Positions 45,295-53,936 of a stretch of 64,000 bases of DNA are shown here, in pieces (the stretch's first letter is position 1; each line of letters starts with the position of its first letter). Under the pieces are notes generated by a model that was given only the letters and a program-made list of their open reading frames with translations, ran no database searches and had not been told where the DNA came from. The stretch is from an uncultured Eubacteriales bacterium (GTDB taxonomy: Bacteria; Bacillota; Clostridia; UBA1381; UMGS1253): the NCBI GenBank assembly GCA_902492065.1, contig CABUKE010000002.1, forward strand, positions 131,548-195,547, read 5' to 3'. The translations under genes were made by a program, and so were the position numbers.

Positions 45295-46047
45295 GTGCGT
45301 GCTTTATCACTTCCATATCTACCAGAACATACCATTTTCGGCGTTCTGGTAGATTTTCGAACAGACCAAAAAATTATAAAAAACATTGAAAAGCTGGGAA
45401 TTGCCGTATACCGCAGCAGGGAGGTGCAAACTGTACATCCGGCCATTCAAGGGCATGCAGATATTGGATTGTGCCATGTCGGAAAAGAAACCTTTGTATG
45501 CGAACCGACACTCTATGAATATTATAAACAGCTTTTTGATGGTTTACCCATAAACTTAATCGCAGGAAAATCGATTTTGACAAGTACATACCCGCAGGAT
45601 ATCGCATATAATGTAGCACGGATTGGAAGCTTCGCCTTCCACAACTTTTCTCATTGTGACCCAAAAATAAGCGAACAGTTTAAACGACTTGGTGTACATA
45701 TGATTACCGTTGCACAGGGGTATAGCAAATGTAATCTGTGCCCGATAAGCGAAAATGCACTTATCACGGAGGATGAATCCATTTATAAACATGCGGTAAA
45801 AGCCGGATTTGACGTATTAAAAATTGCAAAAGGATATGTCCGTTTAGATGGATTTCCTTACGGATTTTTCGGCGGCGCAAGCGGAATGCTCGGGCCAAAA
45901 TGTCTCGCTGTAACTGGCAGCCTTTGTTATCATCCAGACAGAAAGGCCATTAGTGCCTTTTGCGCCAAATATGACGTAAAAATATATGAATTATCACAGG
46001 AAATTCCGGTTGACATTGGCTCTATATTGCCAATTTTTGAAGAATAG
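45295..46047 (+). CDS. conserved hypothetical protein, DUF6873-like (guanidino-group-modifying-enzyme-type fold suspected)
   Basis: 250 aa, GTG start behind GAGGGGAG. Motifs GHADIGLCHVG, ALITED, FFGGASG. Lower G+C than its neighbours. The family name comes from memory only. Confidence 0.65.
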   Translation: MRALSLPYLPEHTIFGVLVDFRTDQKIIKNIEKLGIAVYRSREVQTVHPAIQGHADIGLCHVGKETFVCEPTLYEYYKQLFDGLPINLIAGKSILTSTYPQDIAYNVARIGSFAFHNFSHCDPKISEQFKRLGVHMITVAQGYSKCNLCPISENALITEDESIYKHAVKAGFDVLKIAKGYVRLDGFPYGFFGGASGMLGPKCLAVTGSLCYHPDRKAISAFCAKYDVKIYELSQEIPVDIGSILPIFEE

Positions 46048-46049
46048 TA

Positions 46050-46913
46050 TTGCTTAAAATTGCTTGTATAGATAGGAACACACATGCCATACTAAAATTA
46101 TCGCCGAAAGGATGTGAATGTGTGACGAAAACGGTATCTGTCGGGTTAGTGGAAGAAACAAAAATCAACTATATTACGTTTCAGCTTCATAGCCAGTCGG
46201 AGCTCATATTTTTTTGTGAAGATTTGGCCAATTATATTATAAATAAATATCACAAAAATTTTCTTACCTATATTATCCATAAGAATTATGGATATTTTAA
46301 TAGAAGTGAAAAACAGGCCGTATTTGAATTGGCGCAAAATTTATTTTCGAACATTTATTCTGTTGGTGAAAACATTGAACAGGCATTGATTCAAACGAAA
46401 TTGTACGATTATTTTACACAGGAACAAACTGATACGATTGTATTGGAAGGATTTATCCAATTTCGGCTCATAAATAGCTTCGAAGAGTTGGAATGGCTCG
46501 TTGACAGCGCAGTAGATGAATTTATGATTCAGAAAGAATATGAGAACTTTATATCCATGCTGAAACAGTTTGTCAGCGCACAGGCGCCGCTTGTGCGGCT
46601 TATTCATATCTGTCCGCAAATGAGCGGACGATATGACCTCTATGATGAAAATTTTGATGCGCTCACAGAGAGTCAGATTTTGGGGCTTGATCCGGAATCT
46701 TTTGAAGGATATGTGAATGACGATGATTTGTTGTTGTCGGCGTTAATCAGCCTTGCACCAAAAAAAATATGGATTCATGATTTTCAAAGCTTTACAAATA
46801 AGCAGCTCTATGAAACCATGCAAAAAGTATTTCCAGAACGAATTACTATATGTAAAGGATGCAAATTATGTACCAAAAATAACATTCCAATTCAGATAAA
46901 GAACAATTTATAA
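46050..46913 (+). CDS. ytxC: sporulation protein YtxC-like
   Basis: LEGFIQFRL...VDSAVDEFMIQKEYENFISMLKQFV matches the YtxC signature. Start is uncertain: TTG 46050 has no SD, while GTG 46122 lies behind AAGGA. Very AT-rich. Confidence 0.7.
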   Translation: MLKIACIDRNTHAILKLSPKGCECVTKTVSVGLVEETKINYITFQLHSQSELIFFCEDLANYIINKYHKNFLTYIIHKNYGYFNRSEKQAVFELAQNLFSNIYSVGENIEQALIQTKLYDYFTQEQTDTIVLEGFIQFRLINSFEELEWLVDSAVDEFMIQKEYENFISMLKQFVSAQAPLVRLIHICPQMSGRYDLYDENFDALTESQILGLDPESFEGYVNDDDLLLSALISLAPKKIWIHDFQSFTNKQLYETMQKVFPERITICKGCKLCTKNNIPIQIKNNL

Positions 46914-46958
46914 GAATTAGATTGATGAAGAATTACACACTCCCCCTGTTGAATACAA

Positions 46959-46992
46959 TAAAAAAGCTCCTGTAAAAATACAGGAGTTTTTT
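46959..46992. terminator. bidirectional terminator at the point of convergent transcription
   Basis: AAAAAAG-CTCCTGTA-AAAA-TACAGGAG-TTTTTT. Serves ytxC (+) and aspS (-). Confidence 0.8.
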
Positions 46993-47001
46993 ACTTTCCT
47001 A

Positions 47002-48786
47002 TTATTTTTTATCTTCTTGCGCTAGCGCAATTCCCAATTCCTTCAGTTGTTTGCTGTCAACCATATCCGGCGCATTCATCATCAGATCGGACGCATTCTG
47101 CACTTTTGGAAATGCAATCACTTCGCGGATGGAATCGGCTCCGCACAGGAGCATAACAAAACGGTCAAGTCCATATGCCATACCACCGTGCGGCGGTGTG
47201 CCATATTTGAACGCTTCCATCAGATGCCCAAAGCGTTCCCACGCTTCTTCCTTTGTGAATCCAAGCACCTCAAACATCTTTTCCTGCAATTCAGAATTAA
47301 AAATTCGGATGCTGCCGCCGCCCAGCTCACAGCCATTCAAAATAATGTCATACGCCTTAGCCCGAACCTTCCCCGGTTCACTATCCAGCAACGCTAAATC
47401 CTCGTCCATCGGCGCGGTAAACGGATGGTGCTTTGCCACATAGCGGTCTTCTTCCTCACTGTACTCGAGCAATGGAAACTCCGTCACCCAGAGCAGGTTA
47501 AATTTATTTTTATCAATCAAATCAAGCCGTCTTGCAACTTCGCAGCGAAGCGCGCCAAGTGCGTCAAATACGACATTGTCCCGGTCTGCGACGAACAGGA
47601 GGGTATCCCCTGCCTCAGCCTGCGTCCGATTAAAAATAGCCTCAAGCTCTTCCTCTTTGAAAAACTTTGCAATTGGGGACCGAACACCGTTTTCTTCGCG
47701 TATGATCCATGCAAGCCCCTTTGCCCGGTACGTCTTCACAAACTCGCCTAGGGAATCTATCTCCTTGCGGCTGAGCTTATCCGCACCACCCTTTACATTG
47801 ATCGCCCGCACGCTTCCGCCATTTGCAACTGCACCGGAAAATACGCCAAAGCCACAATCCTTTACCAAATCGCTAATGTTGACAAGCTCCAGCCCGAAGC
47901 GAGTGTCCGGCTTATCCGACCCAAAGCGTTCCATTGCCTCTTGGTACGGCATCCGCAAAAACGGCGTCTGCACCTCTATATCCAATGCTTCTTTAAACAC
48001 ACGCGCAATCATCTGTTCATTAATTGAAATGACGTCGTCAATTTCCACAAAAGACATCTCAAGGTCAATCTGGGTAAACTCCGGCTGACGGTCTGCGCGC
48101 AGGTCCTCGTCGCGGAAGCATTTTACGATTTGGAAATACCGGTCCATCCCTGCCAGCATCAGAAGCTGTTTATACTGCTGCGGCGACTGCGGAAGCGCAT
48201 AAAACTTTCCGTGGTGCACACGGCTCGGAACCAGATAGTCGCGTGCACCCTCCGGCGTACTCTTGGTCAGCATTGGCGTTTCGATTTCCAAAAAGCCGTT
48301 TTCATCATAAAAATCGCGTGCAATTTTTGCAATTTTATGCCGCAGCTCGATATTTCTCTGCATAGGGCTGCGACGTAAGTCCAGATAGCGATACTTTAGC
48401 CGCAGTTCATCTTTCACGTCGGTTTCCGCCTTAATTTCAAACGGCGGTGTTTCCGCCTTGCTCAGAATACGCAGTTCGCTTACTTTGATTTCAATCATTC
48501 CGGTCGGAAGCTTTGGATTCGGCGCGCTGCGTTTTACAATCTCGCCCGACGCTGCGATAACAAACTCATTGCGCAGGGTTGCCGCTTTTTCAAAAATTTC
48601 CGAATTGATATCTGTATCAAAAGAAAGCTGAATAATCCCGTAGCGGTCCCGCAAATCAATGAAAATAAGCGAACCAAGGTTGCGGTACACGTCTACCCAG
48701 CCCATAACCGTTACCGTTTCTCCAATGTTTGCTTCCGAAAGCTGCCCGCAGTAGTGCGTGCGTTTCATACCATGCAATGTGTCCAT
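47002..48786 (-). CDS. aspS: aspartate--tRNA ligase
   Basis: 594 aa. Class II motifs FRDEDLRADRQPEFTQID and GGGSIR. Confidence 0.97.
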   Translation of the reverse strand: MDTLHGMKRTHYCGQLSEANIGETVTVMGWVDVYRNLGSLIFIDLRDRYGIIQLSFDTDINSEIFEKAATLRNEFVIAASGEIVKRSAPNPKLPTGMIEIKVSELRILSKAETPPFEIKAETDVKDELRLKYRYLDLRRSPMQRNIELRHKIAKIARDFYDENGFLEIETPMLTKSTPEGARDYLVPSRVHHGKFYALPQSPQQYKQLLMLAGMDRYFQIVKCFRDEDLRADRQPEFTQIDLEMSFVEIDDVISINEQMIARVFKEALDIEVQTPFLRMPYQEAMERFGSDKPDTRFGLELVNISDLVKDCGFGVFSGAVANGGSVRAINVKGGADKLSRKEIDSLGEFVKTYRAKGLAWIIREENGVRSPIAKFFKEEELEAIFNRTQAEAGDTLLFVADRDNVVFDALGALRCEVARRLDLIDKNKFNLLWVTEFPLLEYSEEEDRYVAKHHPFTAPMDEDLALLDSEPGKVRAKAYDIILNGCELGGGSIRIFNSELQEKMFEVLGFTKEEAWERFGHLMEAFKYGTPPHGGMAYGLDRFVMLLCGADSIREVIAFPKVQNASDLMMNAPDMVDSKQLKELGIALAQEDKK

Positions 48787-48804
48787 TGTTCCCCATCCTA
48801 TCTT

Positions 48805-50055
48805 TTATTTTAAATAATTTTCGATTTTGTCAAGTTCCACGGTGACGCATTCGCCGTCGGCCATCCGCTTTAATACTGCTTTATTCTGTACAATTTCGTC
48901 ATCACCAAGAACGACAACATACTTGTAACCGGACTTGTCCGCATATTTCATCTGTGCTTTCAGGCTCCGGCCCATCCGATCCTTTTCACAGGATATTCCA
49001 TTTTTGCGCAAATTATAAACGAGTGTTTCTGCATATGCGTCTGCTGCCGCGCCGATATTGGCAACAAAAAGCTTCGGCAGTTCAGCCTCGCCAAAGGATA
49101 AGCCCTTCTGCTCCATTACCATAAGCAGCCGTTCCATACCCAGCGCAAAGCCAATCCCTGGCGTCGGCGCGCCGCCCAACTCTTCAATCAGCCCGTCATA
49201 GCGTCCGCCGCCGCAGACCGCAGACTGGGAACCAATATCGTTCGACGTAATTTCAAAAACAGTCTTCGTATAATAATCAAGCCCGCGCACAATGTCCGGA
49301 TCGACGGTATACACTATCCCCATGCCATCCAGCGCAGTCTTTACCGCATCGAAATGCTCCCGGCATTCGCCGCACAAATACTCAATCAGCTTTGGAGCTT
49401 TTTTTGCGAGCGCGCCGCATATCGGCGACTTACAGTCCAGAATCCGCAGCGGATTGCGCTCCAGCCTGCTTTTACATGTATCACAAAGCTCGTCGTAATG
49501 CTCCTTAAAATACGCAATCAAAACCTCATTATATGCTTTCCGGCATTCGGGACATCCAATCGAATTGATATTCAGCGCCAATTCCTGAAGTCCCAGCTCG
49601 CTCAAAAACAGCATTGCCAGGGAAATGATCTCCGCATCAACTGTAGGTGCCTGCGACCCGAACACCTCTACGCCAAACTGGTGAAACTCACGCAATCGTC
49701 CAGCCTGTGGCTTTTCATAACGGAAGCAGGGAATCAGATAAAACAATTTGACCGGCAAGGGCTGTGCACCCAAATTATGCTCAATGTACGCACGAGCAGC
49801 AGAAGCAGTTCCCTCCGGACGAAGTGTGATACTGCGGTTGCCTTTATCCTCAAAGGTGTACATCTGCTTTTCCACAACGTCAGTCGTATCCCCTACACCC
49901 CGCAAAAACAGCTCCGTATGCTCAAAGGTCGGCGTGCGGATTTCACCATATCCGAACCGGCGGCACAAATCGCGCGCCCGTTCCTCAATGTATTGCCATT
50001 TATAACTGTCAGATGCCAAAATATCGTTTGTGCCTCTCGGCGCTTTTGTCAGCAT
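48805..50055 (-). CDS. hisS: histidine--tRNA ligase
   Basis: Start at 50055 (MLTKAPRGTNDIL) behind GGAGGAG; track ORF extends to 50076. Motif RYEKPQAGRLREFHQ. Confidence 0.96.
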   Translation of the reverse strand: MLTKAPRGTNDILASDSYKWQYIEERARDLCRRFGYGEIRTPTFEHTELFLRGVGDTTDVVEKQMYTFEDKGNRSITLRPEGTASAARAYIEHNLGAQPLPVKLFYLIPCFRYEKPQAGRLREFHQFGVEVFGSQAPTVDAEIISLAMLFLSELGLQELALNINSIGCPECRKAYNEVLIAYFKEHYDELCDTCKSRLERNPLRILDCKSPICGALAKKAPKLIEYLCGECREHFDAVKTALDGMGIVYTVDPDIVRGLDYYTKTVFEITSNDIGSQSAVCGGGRYDGLIEELGGAPTPGIGFALGMERLLMVMEQKGLSFGEAELPKLFVANIGAAADAYAETLVYNLRKNGISCEKDRMGRSLKAQMKYADKSGYKYVVVLGDDEIVQNKAVLKRMADGECVTVELDKIENYLK

Positions 50056-50145
50056 GTATACTCCTCCAAATTCCAATTCACCATATGCTTACGTAACAAG
50101 GAAACTCCCCCAAATGGGAGAGTTTACAAGTAAATGCTCTTTATT

Positions 50146-50174
50146 ATTGTATCGTCATTTTCTGCCAAAGTCAA
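50146..50174 (-). promoter_or_regulatory. sigma-A type promoter for hisS-aspS
   Basis: On the - strand: TTGACT, 17-nt spacer, TACAAT. The leader is only about 85 nt. Confidence 0.55.
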
Positions 50175-50188
50175 GGCTTTTTTGCGTG

Positions 50189-50674
50189 TTATCGAGGATA
50201 ACACTTTTCATAATCTACCAAAGTCATGCCTTTATAACTTGTCACGTGCCGTCCTGTTTGGACATAGCTAAGTTTTTCGTATAAATGACAGTTTCCCGCT
50301 TCCTGCAAGATGGTATCTAAGCGCCAACATCTCACAGCAGGATAAAGCAGTTCAAGCTTTCGCATTGCCTCCTGTGCGATTCCCCTGTTTTGATACTCCG
50401 GCAGAACACACAGTGCGCTCACCTGACAACTTTTATCTCGCCCTTCGTGGATTCTGACACAACCGGCAAGCCTTCCTCCAACAAGAAAACCATATGCGGC
50501 AGTTCCGCTTCGGCAAAGTTTTTGGAGTATTACTGCCTCTGTTTCCATAGCGGGGCTTGTATCGTAGTCCTTATACTTTTCCAGCAACGGTAAAAAGGCG
50601 GCCTGCTGGATATGATATATGTTTGAGACGTCCTTTTCCGTTAGCTTAATAAGCTCCAAGTCCAAATCTAACAC
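50189..50674 (-). CDS. GNAT family N-acetyltransferase
   Basis: 161 aa. Acetyl-CoA motif QNRGIAQEAM. TTG 50665 behind GAGGTG is the likelier start. Confidence 0.8.
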   Translation of the reverse strand: MLDLDLELIKLTEKDVSNIYHIQQAAFLPLLEKYKDYDTSPAMETEAVILQKLCRSGTAAYGFLVGGRLAGCVRIHEGRDKSCQVSALCVLPEYQNRGIAQEAMRKLELLYPAVRCWRLDTILQEAGNCHLYEKLSYVQTGRHVTSYKGMTLVDYEKCYPR

Positions 50675-50688
50675 CTCAAAAGCTGCTT

Positions 50689-50716
50689 TATTTACATAAT
50701 ATAATTATGGTAAATT
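50689..50716 (-). repeat. dif/cer-like palindromic site, copy A
   Basis: Reads AATTTACCATAATTATATTATGTAAATA on the - strand. Overlaps the engB stop codon by 2 nt and lies 14-24 nt upstream of the GNAT start. Confidence 0.8.
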
Positions 50717-51314
50717 AATACTCATCTTCACTGGTACGCAATAGGTTGATGATATCCCATACTGTAATTTTCCCCTCATCCTCCTTTATAGAAAACGGCA
50801 CCAGCAAATCCTCCTCCGTCAGTTCCAGCTCTGTATGGATCATCTCAAGATTTTCCTCAAGCTGGCGCTTTGAGAGCTTGTCCGTTTTTGTCGCAATGAC
50901 AACGACGCTTTCCTGATAGGAACGAATCCAATCCAGCATTTGTCTGTCGTCCGCCGACGGCTTATGTCGGCTGTCAACCAGCAAAAACACCTGATAAATC
51001 TGCTCGCGCGCGGTCAAATACGTGTCAATCATCTTTCCCCATTGCTTAATCTCCGCCTTCGAGCGGCTCGCATAGCCGTATCCAGGCAAATCGACCAGAA
51101 AAATTGTATCGTCAATGTTGTAGAAATTGATTGTAGCCGTCTTGCCCGGTGTACCGCTTACCCGCGCAAGCGATTTGCGGTTGAGCAATTTGTTAATCAA
51201 CGAGGACTTCCCCACATTGGAACGCCCTGCAAACGCAAACTCCGGGATTCCCGACTTTGGATACTGTGCCGGGCTTACCGCAGAAATCTCAATAGAAGCA
51301 TTATGAAGATTCAA
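50715..51314 (-). CDS. engB: ribosome biogenesis GTP-binding protein EngB/YsxC
   Basis: 199 aa with TTG start. Motifs GRSNVGKSSLIN, DLPGYGYA, TKTDK. Confidence 0.93.
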   Translation of the reverse strand: MNLHNASIEISAVSPAQYPKSGIPEFAFAGRSNVGKSSLINKLLNRKSLARVSGTPGKTATINFYNIDDTIFLVDLPGYGYASRSKAEIKQWGKMIDTYLTAREQIYQVFLLVDSRHKPSADDRQMLDWIRSYQESVVVIATKTDKLSKRQLEENLEMIHTELELTEEDLLVPFSIKEDEGKITVWDIINLLRTSEDEY

Positions 51315-51340
51315 TGCCCCTTCCCCCTTATCGTTTTCAT

Positions 51341-53764
51341 TTATTGTTTCATCGGCTGCGGTTTTGCCCCTTCCGGATAACCAGCATATGGCACAATAGG
51401 CGTTTCCTTTGCCATTTGAAGCTTAAACCCGCGTTTTTTACTCTTTGAAAGCGCGATTGCCAATACTTCATCGAGCGTTTTTACCGGAACAAATTGAATT
51501 GCATGCTTCACCGTGTCGGACAGTTCGTCAAGATCCCGCCTGTTTTCGTCGGGGATAATCACCGTTTTGACACCCGCCCGATAGGCTGCGAGTGATTTTT
51601 CCTTCAGTCCGCCAATCGGTAGAACCCGACCGCGCAGCGTAATCTCCCCTGTCATAGCAACGTCAGAACGCGCGCTGCGGCCGCTGAGTGCAGAAACGAC
51701 GGCACATGCCATTGTGATACCGGCCGACGGTCCATCCTTCGGCACAGCGCCTTCTGGCACGTGAATATGAATATCCGTTTTTTTATAAAACTCCGGCTCA
51801 ATCCCAAGCGTATCCGCCTTCGAGCGGATATAGCTGATTGCAGTACGCGCGGATTCCTTCATCACATCGCCAAGCTGGCCTGTCAGTTCAATCCGTCCGG
51901 TGCCCGGCATAACATTAACCTCAACGGATAGCGTGTCGCCCCCTACGCTCGTCCACGCCAGACCACGCACTACGCCGATTTCATCTTCTTTTTCTATCTT
52001 ATCATAGTGGAATTTTTGTTTTCCAAGATAGGTTTCCAAATTTGCCGGTGTAACGATAATGCTACGCTTTTTATCAGATACAATCGCTTTGGCAGCCTTT
52101 CGGCAAATGCTTGCCAGCTCGCGTTCCATGCTTCGTACACCGGCCTCACGTGTATAATGCTCAATGATTTCCAAGATGGTTTCATCCTCAATAAGAAGCT
52201 GGCTCGGCTTCAGCCCATGCCGCTTCATTTGCTTCGGAATCAGATGCTGCTTTGCAATATTGAGCTTTTCCTCGCTCGTGTAACCACTGATAGAAATGAC
52301 CTCCATGCGGTCCAGCAAAGCCGCCGGAATCGTATCCAGCGTATTTGCTGTCGTCACAAACATTACGTGCGACAAATCAAACGGCACTTCGATATAATGG
52401 TCGCGGAAAGCGACATTCTGTTCTGCGTCGAGCACCTCCAACATTGCCGCCGCTGGGTCGCCACGAAAATCATTCCCCATTTTGTCGATTTCGTCGAGCA
52501 GCATTAGTGGATTATTACTTTTTGCGTTTTTCATTGCGTTCATAATGCGGCCCGGCATTGCACCGATATATGTTTTCCGGTGTCCGCGGATATCGGCCTC
52601 ATCCCTTACACCGCCTAAAGAAATGCGGACATAGTTACGCCCAACTGCCTCCGCAATCGACTTTGCAATTGAGGTCTTCCCGACGCCGGGAGGCCCGACA
52701 AAGCAAAGAATTGGCGAAGTTATATTTTTGGCAAGTTTCCGAACAGCCAAAAACTCCAAAACACGCTCCTTTACCTTATCCAACCCATAATGCTGTTCGT
52801 TCAAAATTCGCTCAGCCTTTTTCAAATCAAAGCGTTCCTTTGTCGTGTTATTCCACGGCAATTCCAATACCGTGTCAAGATAATTGCGAATCACCGCACC
52901 GTCTGGTGAACCGGACGAAAGCTTCACCAGCTTGTCCGCCTCTTTGATTAGTTTATCTTCGGTCTCTTTACTTAAATTCTTTTCTTTAATTCTCTTTTTA
53001 TATTCCGCTATTTCCGCGCCTACGCCCTCTTTGTCCCCAAGTTCATCAGAGATTGCCTTGAGCTGTTCGCGCAGATAGTATTCCCGCTGATTCTGGTCGA
53101 TCTGGGATTTTACTTTTTCAGATATGCTTTGCTCTAACCGAATAACTTCTATTTCATTTTTTAATATCGCAATTAGCTTCGTTACACGGTCAAAAATTCC
53201 TTCGCTTTCCAAAATCGCCTGCTTGTCCGTGTATTTCAAATTGATATTAGAAACAATCACATCGGTGATTTTTGTAACATCATCAATTGCCATAATGGAC
53301 ATCATAGATTCGGAATTGATTTTATTGTTATAGGAAAAATACTGCTCAAATGTTTCCCGAAGCTGGCGGAGCAGAGCGTCCTCAACAATCTTGTCCTCGT
53401 GTTCCGCATCGCTCATTTCGTCTACATAGCAAACAAAGTACGGTTCGTCGCAAACAATTTCAGAAAGCTTTGCCCGGCAAATACCCTCCACCAAAATCCG
53501 GACAGAATCGCCAGGAAGTTTGACTACCTGTTTGATTTTCGCAATAGTACCAACCGTGTATAAATCCTCTATAGTGGGATCATCTACTTCAATGTCGCGC
53601 TGCGCCACAAGAAAAATCGTCTGGTCGCCAGCCATTGCTGCCTCAAGCGACCGAATCGACTTTGGCCTGCCCACGTCGAAATGCGTAATCATATATGGAA
53701 ATATTACAATCCCGCGCATGGCCATCATCGGTAATTGTTTTTCATAGTTTCTTTCAAACTCCAT
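51341..53764 (-). CDS. lon: ATP-dependent protease Lon
   Basis: 807 aa. Motifs GPPGVGKTS and PKDGPSAG. Confidence 0.97.
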   Translation of the reverse strand: MEFERNYEKQLPMMAMRGIVIFPYMITHFDVGRPKSIRSLEAAMAGDQTIFLVAQRDIEVDDPTIEDLYTVGTIAKIKQVVKLPGDSVRILVEGICRAKLSEIVCDEPYFVCYVDEMSDAEHEDKIVEDALLRQLRETFEQYFSYNNKINSESMMSIMAIDDVTKITDVIVSNINLKYTDKQAILESEGIFDRVTKLIAILKNEIEVIRLEQSISEKVKSQIDQNQREYYLREQLKAISDELGDKEGVGAEIAEYKKRIKEKNLSKETEDKLIKEADKLVKLSSGSPDGAVIRNYLDTVLELPWNNTTKERFDLKKAERILNEQHYGLDKVKERVLEFLAVRKLAKNITSPILCFVGPPGVGKTSIAKSIAEAVGRNYVRISLGGVRDEADIRGHRKTYIGAMPGRIMNAMKNAKSNNPLMLLDEIDKMGNDFRGDPAAAMLEVLDAEQNVAFRDHYIEVPFDLSHVMFVTTANTLDTIPAALLDRMEVISISGYTSEEKLNIAKQHLIPKQMKRHGLKPSQLLIEDETILEIIEHYTREAGVRSMERELASICRKAAKAIVSDKKRSIIVTPANLETYLGKQKFHYDKIEKEDEIGVVRGLAWTSVGGDTLSVEVNVMPGTGRIELTGQLGDVMKESARTAISYIRSKADTLGIEPEFYKKTDIHIHVPEGAVPKDGPSAGITMACAVVSALSGRSARSDVAMTGEITLRGRVLPIGGLKEKSLAAYRAGVKTVIIPDENRRDLDELSDTVKHAIQFVPVKTLDEVLAIALSKSKKRGFKLQMAKETPIVPYAGYPEGAKPQPMKQ

Positions 53765-53813
53765 TGTGTTCTCCTTTTTGTATCATGCTTTCCTCTTTCG
53801 GTCAGATAGTTTT

Positions 53814-53842
53814 ATTATACGACATCCTTTATATCATTTCAA
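53814..53842 (-). promoter_or_regulatory. sigma-A type promoter for lon
   Basis: On the - strand: TTGAAA, 17-nt spacer, TATAAT. Confidence 0.55.
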
Positions 53843-53890
53843 GTTGTAGTATTGCCAAAAATCTCTCTGACTATGAGAAAAGCCAGTTGA

Positions 53891-53925
53891 TAAAAAACAG
53901 CGCCCAACTTACGAGCGCTGTTTTA
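53891..53925 (-). terminator. rho-independent terminator after clpX
   Basis: On the - strand: CAGCGC...GCGCTG followed by TTTTTTA. Confidence 0.7.
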
Positions 53926-53936
53926 ATCGACTTGTG

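Noticed and set aside
44982-46946. A 9-bp inverted repeat, GGGGGAGTG (44982-44990) and CACTCCCCC (46938-46946), flanking the low-GC DUF6873/ytxC module. Considered as possible terminal inverted repeats of a mobile element.
   Set aside because: It is only 9 bp and does not extend. There is no transposase or integrase inside, and no target-site duplication is visible. It is within chance expectation for the number of comparisons made.
50075-50097. AATTCACCATATGCTTACGTAAC in the hisS leader, which resembles the arms of the 28-bp dif/cer-like site. AATTTTACCATTTAACATTTGTACAAA at 57200-57226 in the tig leader is a similar case.
   Set aside because: The arms are degenerate and the spacing differs (2 nt in the hisS case, an irregular right arm in the tig case). 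Both are plausible chance resemblance in AT-rich leaders. They are worth including only if a genome-wide motif model supports them.
53800-53806. GGTCAGA near the lon promoter, considered as a possible CtsR operator half-site.
   Set aside because: It is a single imperfect heptad with no tandem repeat (the consensus is GGTCAAA-NAN-GGTCAAA). No comparable element occurs upstream of tig-clpP-clpX.
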